Origin: Phoronis australis
Taxonomy: Eukaryota; Animalia; Phoronida
Assembly (NCBI GenBank): GCA_002633005.1
Contig: NMRA01000127.1
Span: 504,438-568,437, forward strand
Reading direction: 5' to 3'
Length of the DNA stretch: 64,000 bases
The notes beneath the pieces are model-generated. The model made no database searches. It worked only from the letters and a program-made list of their open reading frames with translations, and was not told the DNA's origin. Both the position numbers and the translations under genes were made by a program. This document shows positions 37,276 through 49,800 of the stretch, piece by piece (within the stretch, counting starts at the first letter, position 1; the number at the start of each line of letters is the position of its first letter).

Positions 37276-40200
37276 ATGTTGTTATATGTGTCTGATTTTT
37301 GAAGCAAAACTAAAACAAAAACATTAAAGAATTTACCATTGTGTTTCATTAATAATATATCGGACCTTCAAGAATAAGGCAAAAATTCAGACCAGAATAC
37401 TTGCACAAATTCAGAACATCCACCACTTGAGGGAGCCACAGTCTTGGGACTAAAACTAGACCTTCAAATCCTTTACACAATGGCTGCACTTGACTGACAT
37501 AGGTTTGTAAGCCATAAGTTTTCATAGAGCATCAATAGAGTGCCTCCTGTAGTTGAGCAGGTGAAACTTGCCAAGTCAATCAAGTGTACCCAATGAAATG
37601 CTCTGTGGTAACACAATACCATTGTCTAACACGATTTGGTGTAAGAGAAGTGTTGAAAATCAATAAAAATCTCACTACACATCTCGAAGCTACTCAACTT
37701 AGCCATTAATCGGCACAACTTGATTAATGGAATGTCAGAAAAAAACTTTATAATATACTTAGTACAAAAACAGTCGATACCAAGAAATATACTCCATCAT
37801 GTGACTGGAAGCTTTAGGTTTTCTTAGAATAAATATCAGAACAAAACAAATTGACTGTAACAGAACTAGTAAAGAGACTCATAACGAAATAAACAAAAGT
37901 AAGTAAAAACTGACATTCATCACGTTCGTTAATACAAAAAGGGTATTTTATAAGCATTGTGACTCACATTTAAAAGGATACTAAACCCTGTTTTGATGAT
38001 TTCAACCAATCCTTATTCTGTCGCCTGTGTCAAAATTCCAACTCAGAGACAGGAAACAACCAAAAGCTCATACCCTGGTACGTACACTCAACTCACAAAC
38101 TGGATTTTATGGTCCTTGTTGGGTGGTATTTTTTCACAGTTGCCATCCAACATGCTAAAAGCATTGGTCATGTTTTCCCTTTTGGCAAACTTTGTAAGAA
38201 GTTTTCAAATTTTCCTCCAAACTTTTGAGGATTGTTGAGGGTTACAATGCATTACAGAATGATGGGAAAGTCGTTTTAAGCTTGTTACTAACCCAAAACC
38301 CAGTTCGGTATCCTTTTAATAAACTCTTCTTTCTGTCACACACAACCTTTAAGTAAACTGGCTCAATGTCTGAGAAATAATCTCTCGACAAATCAAGCAG
38401 CAGAAACGTGTCAAACAGTGCTACTCACACTCAAGACACTTCTATCGAGATTATTTGTCAATCATTGCATATCATTAATTCCCAGAATTCAAGACATCGA
38501 AGTAGCTGTTCAACCACTTTCAACGACGATCATTTTGGTTTGGTCCGAGTTTACTTGCAAAATAAAAGCGAAGGAAACTATCAAAACACTTAACAAGAAC
38601 AAGCAACTTAAATACAACCTACTCAATTAAGAGTCTCCAGTGACATACTGACTAGATTTCAATAACTTAAAGGAAAAAACGTCAGTAAGAAGATTCAAAC
38701 TGTAAACTCCAGCTACTATGCAATCCAAATCCTATTTTTAGCCAAATTGGTTTTGCAAAATCGAATGATGAGCTCCTCAGTTTTAACTTTTTAGTCCTTA
38801 GTAAAACTGATGTATTTCCTGCCAAGTTCACAAATCAGTCTCATCTGGCACAGTGCAACTTCGTTCCAATTTCATAGTAATAGGTGGTCAAAAGTTCATG
38901 TTTTGCCTCGAAAATTGCTTAAAGCAACTATTAATTTAAGTTATTACTAGGCGAGGCTTTATTTCCCGTATTTAGAACCCCGAATGACATTTGGAGAAAA
39001 TGTCGTTCCAGGGGTGCTAAATCTATTCATCTTGGACGTTGAGTAAGAAAATTCTACAAAATTGGCAAAAACGAAACCGAAAATACGGAAAATATTAAAC
39101 TTTCGTTGTCTCAATCACCCCTATGCAGCACAGTGGATTAAGCCACAGACAACAGAGCAATGGAACATGCCCATCGTATTTTTCTGCTAAATCGTTATCT
39201 CCCATGGGAAATAACTGCAAGGTTTATTTTCCGGTAGTCATCTGTATGTTGTTCAGGATTGTATTGCGAGATAATCCACTTTTCGTCAAAAACAAACCAA
39301 CTTTTGATTAAAGCAATTTACCATACCGTTTTGAAATTGGTCTCCATAACTAAGATTACATAGAAATGATTTCTGGGCTTGAAAATAACTAAAAGTTCGT
39401 CAGCACACAATAACGCTTCAAGCTATAACGAACTACCAGTTCTTTCCAATAAGTCAGAGGTTGATGTAAATAGACTGACAGACTTTAGACACGATATTAA
39501 TACATCACCAACTCCGCAAAACAGTTTCAGGAAGTTCTTTTAAGCCCAGAATACCTTCTAATCAAAGTAAGGAATGAGTTAAGATCAGATTAATAATGGT
39601 AAGCTGTCACATGAAGAGTTAGTCATGTTTGACATAAGCCGAGTTCATAAAAGCATTTTAGCAGATGCATTGGGACTTGGAATTAAAACACTCATGATAA
39701 ATCCACATTTGGCAATGTTTACCATTCAACAGAACTAATGCCCGAATTTTGAGAACCAGTTGTCTCCACTGAATAACGGTTATCAAACTAGTTCTCAAAC
39801 TACTGGCATGTTATATTCGACTATTGCCGCTAATATCCACACCAACTACACAAATCGCACTAAGAAAAATTTTAACGGATATCAATATGATGGATATGAT
39901 CATCCATCTTGATGCAGAAAATCAAAACTCCAGGGAATAGCTCACACGACAGAATCAGATTGTTGTCCTAAAACACCAACAGAGGGCGACCCAATGTTTG
40001 TTGAAATCAAAACAGTTACTGTTCCCCAGTAGAGTCAGATGGCTTTGCGAAATAGGAAGAACATTTCTGCATAAGTTTCACAGTGTTCAATAATATATCT
40101 TTTACATTATAGATATTCAGTAGCACATAGGCAAGCAACTTACATTCAGAAACCACATGCCATTCAGTGTCACAACCACAGCATACTGATTCCACAAATC

Positions 40201-40773
40201 ATTGTCTATGACAATACAACACTTCTAGCACCAACAAACCTTTAAATCAACGTCACCTTGTTCAGGTTCAAATCAGACCATGGTGACCTCCCATCGTCAC
40301 ATATCTTATCTTTCATAAAATACACGACTACGTACAATAATTATTTACCAACTTCTGCTGATGTTTCTCAATGCCCATGAAAATTCTCACATTTTCTGCC
40401 GACAGATCTTTGTTGAGCGGCCAGAATATTCAAGTTACTGGTGAGATTAACTAAAGCAGCATACATCCAACTACATTTCTTCGACCTTTGAAAACCTTTT
40501 CCATGGTGTCTCACATAAACAATGGAAAATCTCATCTAAAACCTCTCAGAATACTTCAGGAAATACCCTCAAGATATTTTCTGCCAACACAATATTCTCG
40601 TGATAGCCTTCCCATTCCAATGTTCAACAGAACAGAGACAGTTCACCAGGCTAAATCACGACTAAATCTGACACATTTCTCCATGATATCACTCTGTATG
40701 TTATGAACAACAGCGTGTGATATCACGAGATATCACTCCACTACACAACAGAAAGTTGCCATCACTACCCAGA

Positions 40774-40898
40774 CTAGTCCACAGAAAATGAGTCGAGAAG
40801 TTTCCTGGCCTGTTCTTGCACGTCCACCTCTTTATGCAAACAAAGGCGAGACAGACTCTCCACAGTACGGCCCGCTTGGAATGCTTCCTTTAATTTAC
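40774..40898 (-). CDS. RAP1GDS1: RAP1GDS1 last coding exon
   Basis: ctacag acceptor; GKLKEAF..LCLHKEVDVQEQARKLLDSFSVD*. Confidence 0.85.
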
Positions 40899-43800
40899 CT
40901 GTAGAATCGTATCAAAGAAATACACATTAAACAAACTAGAGCACCAGTAACAAAACCAGAATGTGTTGAGTAAGCATCACAGATTATTGCAAATTTGATC
41001 TCAGTGCATGAACAGAAAATGAGACACAGTGTTGTCAGCACAACGTAACTCTCTTCTCCTTTTCACCTCATTATCTAAACCCCATGAAACGTGTGGACCA
41101 CCTATGTTAATTGCTCTAATTTTCACAGAAAGTACAACAACTAGAATGAACTTTACCAGGTAGATGTGTCCACTACAGGCAACGCACCACCAGAATAAGT
41201 ACAGGTGACACTGAAAAAGTTAATCTCACAAACCAAGATTCATGACCTTCAAACTTTACTTAAAACTTGACTTGAAAATTGACAAATCATTTACCACACT
41301 TTGAGTAAACTCTGTTTCACACATTGAGGCTCGTCAATAATTGAGTCAAGTCATAAGAAAAGTTTTTCGGTAAGTGGTCCGTAATTCTCCAAGAATCTCA
41401 AAGCTAGTTCCGCCCAGCCAGTCATACCGATTCCAGTCTCCGAAAGCTTCGCATTTACTCACCAGATTTACTCAACATCTCTACTAATGACATAACATTG
41501 CATAATATCTGGGACAGAGTGCTCTCTGACAACAGAACGTCGTTTAAGGTGGTGACCACGTCAGCCGATTGGAACGCTTCCTCGCAGTAGTCTGCAAAAA
41601 TACCCCCTGTTAGACCACAGAAAACTAGACAAAGGAGTGATGTGGATTTACAATGCAAAACCCACCAGGCCATAACTCCACGAGTTATCAAGCGACGACA
41701 CTCTACCATTACGTGTGTATTGTTTTACGTGACAAAGGCAATGCATTGAATATGAACATCATCTCATCAAAAAAAACACCACTTTATAAACATCCACCAG
41801 CTAACAAGAAAAAGTGCACATCAGAATTCCCAGCATGCTCGTTAAAGGAACATCCTCGGAAAGAAAAGCAAATTTACAGAAATTAACAGGAGCTCAGAAC
41901 CAAACTTCAAAGCTCACAATAGCAGTCCAATGCTCTGCCGCTGAACCAAGTCCCACGCGTTAAAAAGCAGTGTACATAAATGGTAAAGACATCGGCTTTG
42001 TTTTCAACAAAAGTCCGTCTGCTCAAACAACATCAAAAATTGGCGATATGTTGTAAAATCACAAAAAAAACAATGGATATTGTTGTTTTATAGGTCAGGT
42101 TAACAACTTCAAGAAGAGATTTCCAAAAATGTGTTTTGGTTGTAAAACCAACAATGTCCATTTAATAAAACAATTAGAATACACAAAAAGTCACTCTAAT
42201 ACTACCTAGCATGACAGTTCCTAATAAGGTCAATGCGACGAGTGCCTCATTTTGCATGACAACGTGCTCCGACGTCGTCATAGTTACCAGTGGAGAGACG
42301 GCGCCACTGTCAACCATACTCCTCATTACGTCAGACGAGTTTCCATTTTTCAGAATGGAGGCAACGAGGCGATTGGCCTCACCTAGAAATGTGATCAAGG
42401 AACTCGGATAACCTGATAGAGACTACATGCAAAAATATCAAATTATTTGTTTGGACATAAACGAACTGAGCTAAAAATGTCACAGTATAATACCTATATA
42501 TCTGGACTTCATTAAGTAAGGCTAGTAATACCTTGTATTTTGGGCTTGCAGGGGGTAACTAGTCCCCATAGTGGCTTTGAATTTTGTTGTAAAATATTGA
42601 TGTCTTTCACGCACAATAGGCCTTTTGAAATTGACATGCAAGGTCAGTGAAAGTAGTTCCTTGTAAACCATGCTCTGTGAGGAAACAGCTTAATAAATGG
42701 TTTATGGTCATGACCGAGGTGATTCTTTTATTAACCCCTCTGTATTTTGAAATCACAGCCCAAAATGTGCAAGTTTGGAGAAAATATGCCAATGAAATGC
42801 GAGACCTCTGGGGTTTCACAGGTAAGCTTGAGGTATTGTTTACGTGCTTCCTATTTTTTTGAAAAATTGGTCAATAAAATAGCACGATTCAAGTGCACAT
42901 TGCTTGGTTTAAAATGGTTAAAAGTAAAATGGCCACCAAAGACAAAGGTTGGGCGAGCCATGAAGGAATATTGAATTATGAGAAAAAACAGAACATAGAT
43001 TTACTAGGTAACTGCTGTTGACAATTTCTTCACATAAGTTTCTCATGAGTGGCAAGCTCTGCTGATCAAGTCCCAGTTTCGTACTTGATAACAAAACCGG
43101 TCACTCCTACATTCTCTGTAATATTACAGAGGCAAACTGACTGCTAATCAGCAATGCAGTTAGCCTGAACAGTTAAAAGGATTGAAACATTCAAGAAAAC
43201 ACTGTACTGCAACAAATTCTGTAAAATTGAAAATTAAAGTTTGATGGATCAGTGAGTGAACTGTTGTCAATGAACAAAACCCTCAACAGATGTCGCTACC
43301 TTTGACCCCCTCATGACCTTCAACAGAGCAATACTTGATGATGCGTGCGACCACTTCACTGTTACTACCCAGGCTCTTAGCTGCCTCACCTGAAGACAAA
43401 ACATTACAGTAACACTACTGACAACACTCAATACATGTGGACCTGGAGAGACTGGAATTGAAAAAATGTGTTTGCTAATTTTTGATAATTTGGTGAAAGC
43501 TTGATGTATGCTTAAAAGCAAAAGAGAAGAGTGACAGAGCTAATATAGTTTTGCGGAGTCTCTTTTTGAACTCTAGTGAAACATTACCAAATCTGAAATT
43601 CTTAACAATTACCACAAAGTCTCTGACAGATAATTAAGAGAAGATAATTTCAGGTACCACTTTAAAAAATAAAACAAATTAAGTCAAACTATTCTCAGAT
43701 TTGCTTTTGTTATGTAACGGTCAGGAAATAAAATCAGTCTCACCATCCCCTTTGTCTTGAGTTGATAACAGAAATGGAATCCTATTACAGTAAAGAATAT

Positions 43801-46800
43801 CACAAGACGAAATTTATGAAAAAAGCCTAATTCAATGTTTAGTTTATAGCCAGCTAAACAGGATAAAATCTGGCTTTAATTGACAATCCTTGAAACACAA
43901 CCTCATATCAGTCATCCACTTTTTGTTTATTAAAGTTAGCTAACAATTTTTTTCTCAAAATATGTGTCCATATGGTTTATGTCACGTGATTATCATCCAA
44001 TTGCAAACACAGGCAATTTTAGTTGATCACAATTTAAAATAAGCGTTTTTATATTAATTTATATCAACCATTTCTATGAATTCATATGAAATGTATATGA
44101 TATAAATGGTTGATACCGCATCATAATAGTGTTTGATATAATTTTTCATGCAAGGTTATCATCAATTGTAATAATTTATTTGAATTCTAAAAACATAAAT
44201 GATCAAAAGAGGTTTTCTATGAATGAGATCATGAACGTTGATCGGGTTTGTGATCATCTATCATACTTCCCATATGAATTCAACCAATATGGGGGTGAAT
44301 GAAGTACAGACATCTATTTGAAAGAGCAAAAATCACTTAACAATTATTGTGAATAAAGACAAAAGTCGCAATTACTTGACTAATCCTTGACCTGCAAAGT
44401 GCAACACCATCACAAGAGGCATCATTCTCCAGTCGCAGCAGCATCACCTCATACCAATCATCTAAAATCTGCTTACCTTGCCCGTCAATCAACATCCTCA
44501 ATAAACCAAGCAGTTTAAACTGTATAGGAGAGACATCAGATGTCACTAGTGGTACTATAGCCTCAAACACTCCACCACTGTTCAGCTTGGCTTTATTGCA
44601 GGCTACAAAACAAACAAATGATAACATCAGTGGCGGATCTAGGATATCATAAGGGGGGGCCCAACATTTTGTCCGGGTGTAAGCATTTGCGCAAACTGAA
44701 CCACGATTGTAGATGAGCATAGCACCGTATGGGGGGAGGTCGGGAGGGGGGTTTGCCCCCCTCCCGCTCANTATCATCCAATTGCAAACACAGGCAATTT
44801 TAGTTGATCATAATTTATAATAAGCGTTTTTATATTAATTTATATCAACCATTTCTATGAATTCATATGAACTGTATATGATATAAATGGTTGATACCGC
44901 ATCATAATAGTGTTTGATATAATTTCTCATGCAAGGTTATCATCAATTGTGATAATTTATTTGAATTCTAAAAACATAAATGATAAAAAGAGGTTTTCTA
45001 TGAATGAGATCATGAATGTTGATCAGGTTTGTGATCATCTACTATACGTCCGATATGAATTCAACCAATATGGGGGTGAATGAAGTACAGACGTCTATTT
45101 GAAAGAGCCAAAATCACTTTACAATTGTGAATAAAGACAAAAGTCGCAATTCCTTGATTAATCCTTGACCTGCAAAGTGCAACACCATCACAAGAGGCAT
45201 TATTCTCCAGTCGCAGCGGCATCACCTCATACCAATCATCTAACATCTGCTTACCTTGCCCGTCAATCAACATCCTCAATAAACCAAGCAGTTTAAACTG
45301 TATAGGAGAGACATCAGATGTCACTAGTGGTACTATAGCCTCAAACACTCCACCACTGTTCAGCTTGGCTTTATTACAGGCTACAAAATAAACAAATGAT
45401 AACCTGGTAACTTCTTGAAACCACTTTGCGGTGACGAGCTTGTAAATTTTTAGTTAGAATTTCTGCAATGTTTCAGATGGATATCTATACAATCATCAGG
45501 TGAATTCAACAAACTCTGCTAAGAAATGGAAAACTACAGTCATTGACTGTACAGCAACACGTCTTGCTGTTCACAAAATGATGGTTGAAGAAATTCCCAA
45601 TTAATCATCAGGATTTATAAAAGCCCCTGCTGAAATAAAGCCCCCACAGGGATGGTCTAGCATGCGTATGACAAGAGAGGGGAAGATGTCAATAATATCT
45701 CAATTTTTTATCCTTAAAATGGCTTTTAAGTTGATTAGTTGTCAACAAATTTGTCGGCAGACTTCTCTTTTAGCTAAACTGTCGACAAAAAACCCAATTT
45801 GGTATCTTAAGTCATATGGTGACCGATCAGAGAGCTGTGGTCAGTTACACAAAGTTTCCAAAATAAGAGCCCGACCTCTTTTTTCTGAAAAAGCCCCTAG
45901 GTCTTTTTTGGGACACAAAATCAAGTTTTGGGCATTTTCAAAAATCCTCGGTATGGAGGTTTTTACAGAGGGAACTATTACAAAAGTACGCATGAAATGC
46001 AACCGGCTTCTCATCTGACAATAGCAGAGCCCAAAAACAAATTACAGATGACCTATCTATGGATACTGCTATTATCCATTGTAGTTTCAAAAATCTATTT
46101 AACAACTTATCCCTCATCCCTTTTACAGCTGTGTTTTGTTCAGTCTAATTCTTAAATCATTTTGCAGCAGCATTCATTCGTAGCACTCTCAGAGAAGATA
46201 TTTTCTCTGTGACTGACCGACAGTCGTAATGAAACCAGCCGTCTGCAGACACAAGAAACTTGTGATTGGTCGGTGTGATTGGAATATTGACTTATGTGAT
46301 AGAATTCACCGTTTCCATTCCATAAGCGAAGATTTCTCACCACAACTACTTTGCGAGTGTCTTGGGTCTATAGAACACAGCTTGTTGGTATCTGAGTCTC
46401 TTGGGTCTATAGAACGCAGCCCTGTTGATATCTGATTGACTTAATATTTAGTTCAATGCTCAATTCCCAATAATTACCATACATTCAGACAATGACAAGC
46501 TGGTGATTCATGACGACCAATAATGCAATTTTGCATCAGTCATTTTGAATATTAACTTCAAGAAAATCCATTATAATAATGAGTCTGGTGTTACCTGGTA
46601 TCGCCAGGTTCCTAAGTGCGCTGAGTACGGCATGTTGCAGTGTCAGTCCCAACTCTTGACCTTGAGCCTCTTTTAAAAGTGACAGAAGGTCACCAGTGAT
46701 TCCTAGCTCCACCATCTTGGAACACAGTTCATCTAAATGATGGATGTTCATTATTAACACGACATTCATTGCATGGCTAATAACATTCTTATCAAGGTTA

Positions 46801-49800
46801 AGTGGCAAAAACTAAAAAGGCTGACCTAGAAATCACCCAACGTTTTCTATTGATAAGTTGAACTATTGAACAATGCATGAAGTAATTTACTATTCTGGCA
46901 AGTTTTAGTTCACTAAGCTTAGATGTTCCATTGATACGCAAGTTCTAAGACTTTCCTTCACTGTCATACAGAATTTTGTGAATTTCGGCAATATTTCCAG
47001 TCGTATATTTTTAAATAATTAAAATTTCTTTTTTGTTAAAGTGACAAAGGCTTCAGAAAGCAATTGGACAATCTTCATGTAGTACTATAAACCACGGAAA
47101 ACATACAAGGTAAACAGCGTATGTACCAGGGTGAACAATGTCCCATGCTAAAAATATCCACAGGCAATTCCCTACCGGACTTCTCTCTTCATATTCACAT
47201 TTCTTTCGCACAATCTGTACTTCGATTCTCACCTACTACAATTCTACACATGTTTTTTTCTTACAAACCGCAGCTGCTTTAACACAGGTGAAGGACAGTT
47301 TTGACACACTGTACCATGAAAATGCTTTGTCACAGAGTGACGAAAAAGAAATTTGGCTCATAATAAAATAACTGCAGTTCATGAGAAAAGATACATAGCT
47401 TGGAGAAAAAGAAACGTATTGACAAGAAAGTAATACTTTTAATGACGGTGCCCATGCGGTCTGCGAGGCAAAACTGTTCGCCCTGTAAACTCACCACTGC
47501 GTGCAAAGTTGCCCACAGCCAGAACTGCTGACATCTTCAACTGTGCGTTGTCACTGTGAAGCCAGCTAAGAGCTTCTCTAAACACCACGCCATTACCGCC
47601 GTCGTAAAGGAGATACATGCTGGCATCTGAAAATGTTCCAAACACTTACGAGGAAAAAGATCACGATCATGACCATCATAGTCTATAGCTTCCACATAAT
47701 TTACATATACATGCGCAGCGCACCATAGGGGGCTGAGCGCTATAGCCCCCACTTTTTTCAGTGCCATGCTCCCCATGGTCTATAAGCAGTGCACCACAGG
47801 GGGGCTGGAGGGGCTTTAGCCCCCCCACTTTTTTCAGTGCTGCGCCACCCAGGATGTAATAGTCACTTAAAGGTTCCAGATTTTGAGAACCAGTTTGATG
47901 CTTGTTACCCAAAGCAGAGAGCTGGTTCTCAAAATTTTGGGATCCTGGTACCTGATTGTTATCCGATTTATAAGCAACCAGGGTTAGGTAACTTTAACAC
48001 AAAAAATACCCTACTTTCATTACCTGCATAGCCAGAGAACAGAAATCTGCTCACCAGCACAGGGGAGCATTTGCGCAATAAGTGTCCCATTCGACAACAG
48101 AGCACACACTTCCACTGGTGAACCATTGGTTTACTAGCGCCACCTTGGGAGTTTTCTCAAATCCTGCAGGTTACCATGGATTCAGTTTTAATGGCAGGAC
48201 AACCAAGATTTTGAGACAAAAGAGTAAAATAAAACACACCTTTTGAAAGTTTGCCAGAATAAAAAACCTACCAAAGAATAAATCACATATTCGTGGTGTT
48301 TCTCCATTGTCAATAAATATTTTGCAAAACTTCAATGGGATGACACAATTTTCATAAATGCAAACCACTTTCACTATCCAGAAATGGTCCAACTAAACAC
48401 TAAATGAGATCATAGGCCACCAAATCAATTTGCCATCGATCATTTCAAGGACAGCATATTCATCGCATTATGAGTTGTCAGAAGTGATAAATGTGTCAGA
48501 ATGTGGATGTGTGCACACGGCATTACGTAGAAAACTCCCAACTGCGTGTAATAACAGTTATTATAGCTTAATACACAAGTGAGCAGCCAAGCTCTCATCA
48601 ACAAGGAAGATATCAAAAAACAAATTAAACGTGGCACAGAAAAGGAGGTATGTGCTCCTTCCCACGTCGGAGAGGGGACTTCTCATACCTCTCTGCTCTA
48701 GGATGCACACACAAACTTTTCAGAGATCTGTAAATGTGTTTTACCTCCAGTTAGAAGCAGTACTAAGAGATCTGATGACAGTTTGGTGACTTGCACACAA
48801 TCCACATCTTGACTGTGACATGTTCTTTTTAGGGTGGTGAGAAGGAGGTCCTTGAGTTGTGATTGGCTGAGCTGAAGCTTGACATCATCTGAAACGACAC
48901 AGGGGAGATTAGTCCATGTCTGCCAACAGCACATAATGAAGATGACGGACAGGCTAGCAGAAAAGCGAACTAAGTACCAAGTGCTTACATTTTCCGGTAA
49001 AATGCACAGATATGGTTAAAATATGGCCTCCAGCCCCCATAAATGGTTGAAATTTGGGGTTCAATGTTTTGCTGACAGCGACAAAGAGTGCCCACGGTCA
49101 AGTACTTAATAATAAATATGAAATCTTTAGGCAATGGAAAAGGCAGTAAAATATAAGTCTACAACTTATGGTCCTGATATCATTGTCCGATACAGTTTGT
49201 CATGAAATTATTCGAGTCTCCTAAGCAATGGTCATATTTGACCTTTGAATTCAAAACAGTCCCAAAAATTTTGACTCAAAATGCAACCATGATTATAATT
49301 TGAAGTTCTGTAATTAAAGACAAAGTTACTAGAAGAAATACATTACGCATACAGCAAGATATTAGGAATATTATTTCATTAATCCTGCATATAATAAAAC
49401 AATCAGTATGCCGTTTGAAGTTTCATACCATTTTCTGACATGGATATAAGTAATTCTAGGATGGCATCGTCAATTTCTTGTCCCACTTCTGACGATAGTA
49501 GGTCAACCAGCGTTCGAGGCATTCCAATCTCTGCAACTTTTTCTTTTCCATCGTCTGTAAGAGAATGCAGGTTCACAAAAACTGGAAGCTTCATTTTTGG
49601 AAAATCACACGAGACGAAACTTGTCAACAAATTAATTATGAATGCTTGGGGACAGACAACAGCTTGCTTTACGTACTTAAGCTCAGAGACCAAAGACTCC
49701 TCACTAACACAACAAACACATTAAGGCAATCAAACAAGCAATTTCAGCTTCAGCCTATAACATGATTGATTGATACTGTGACTTTCATTGCCAGCACAAA

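Larger units (their letters stand above)
43991..45403. repeat. ~635-bp near-identical pair around the N at 44771, including a whole RAP1GDS1 exon
   Basis: 43991-44625 versus 44772-45403; intron differences are much more frequent than exon differences. Confidence 0.9.

Noticed and set aside
38970-39022. SECIS element (ATGA..AAA in a hairpin)
   Set aside because: There is no 3' GA for the quartet, it is on the wrong strand for the presumed UTR, and neither gene has an in-frame UGA.
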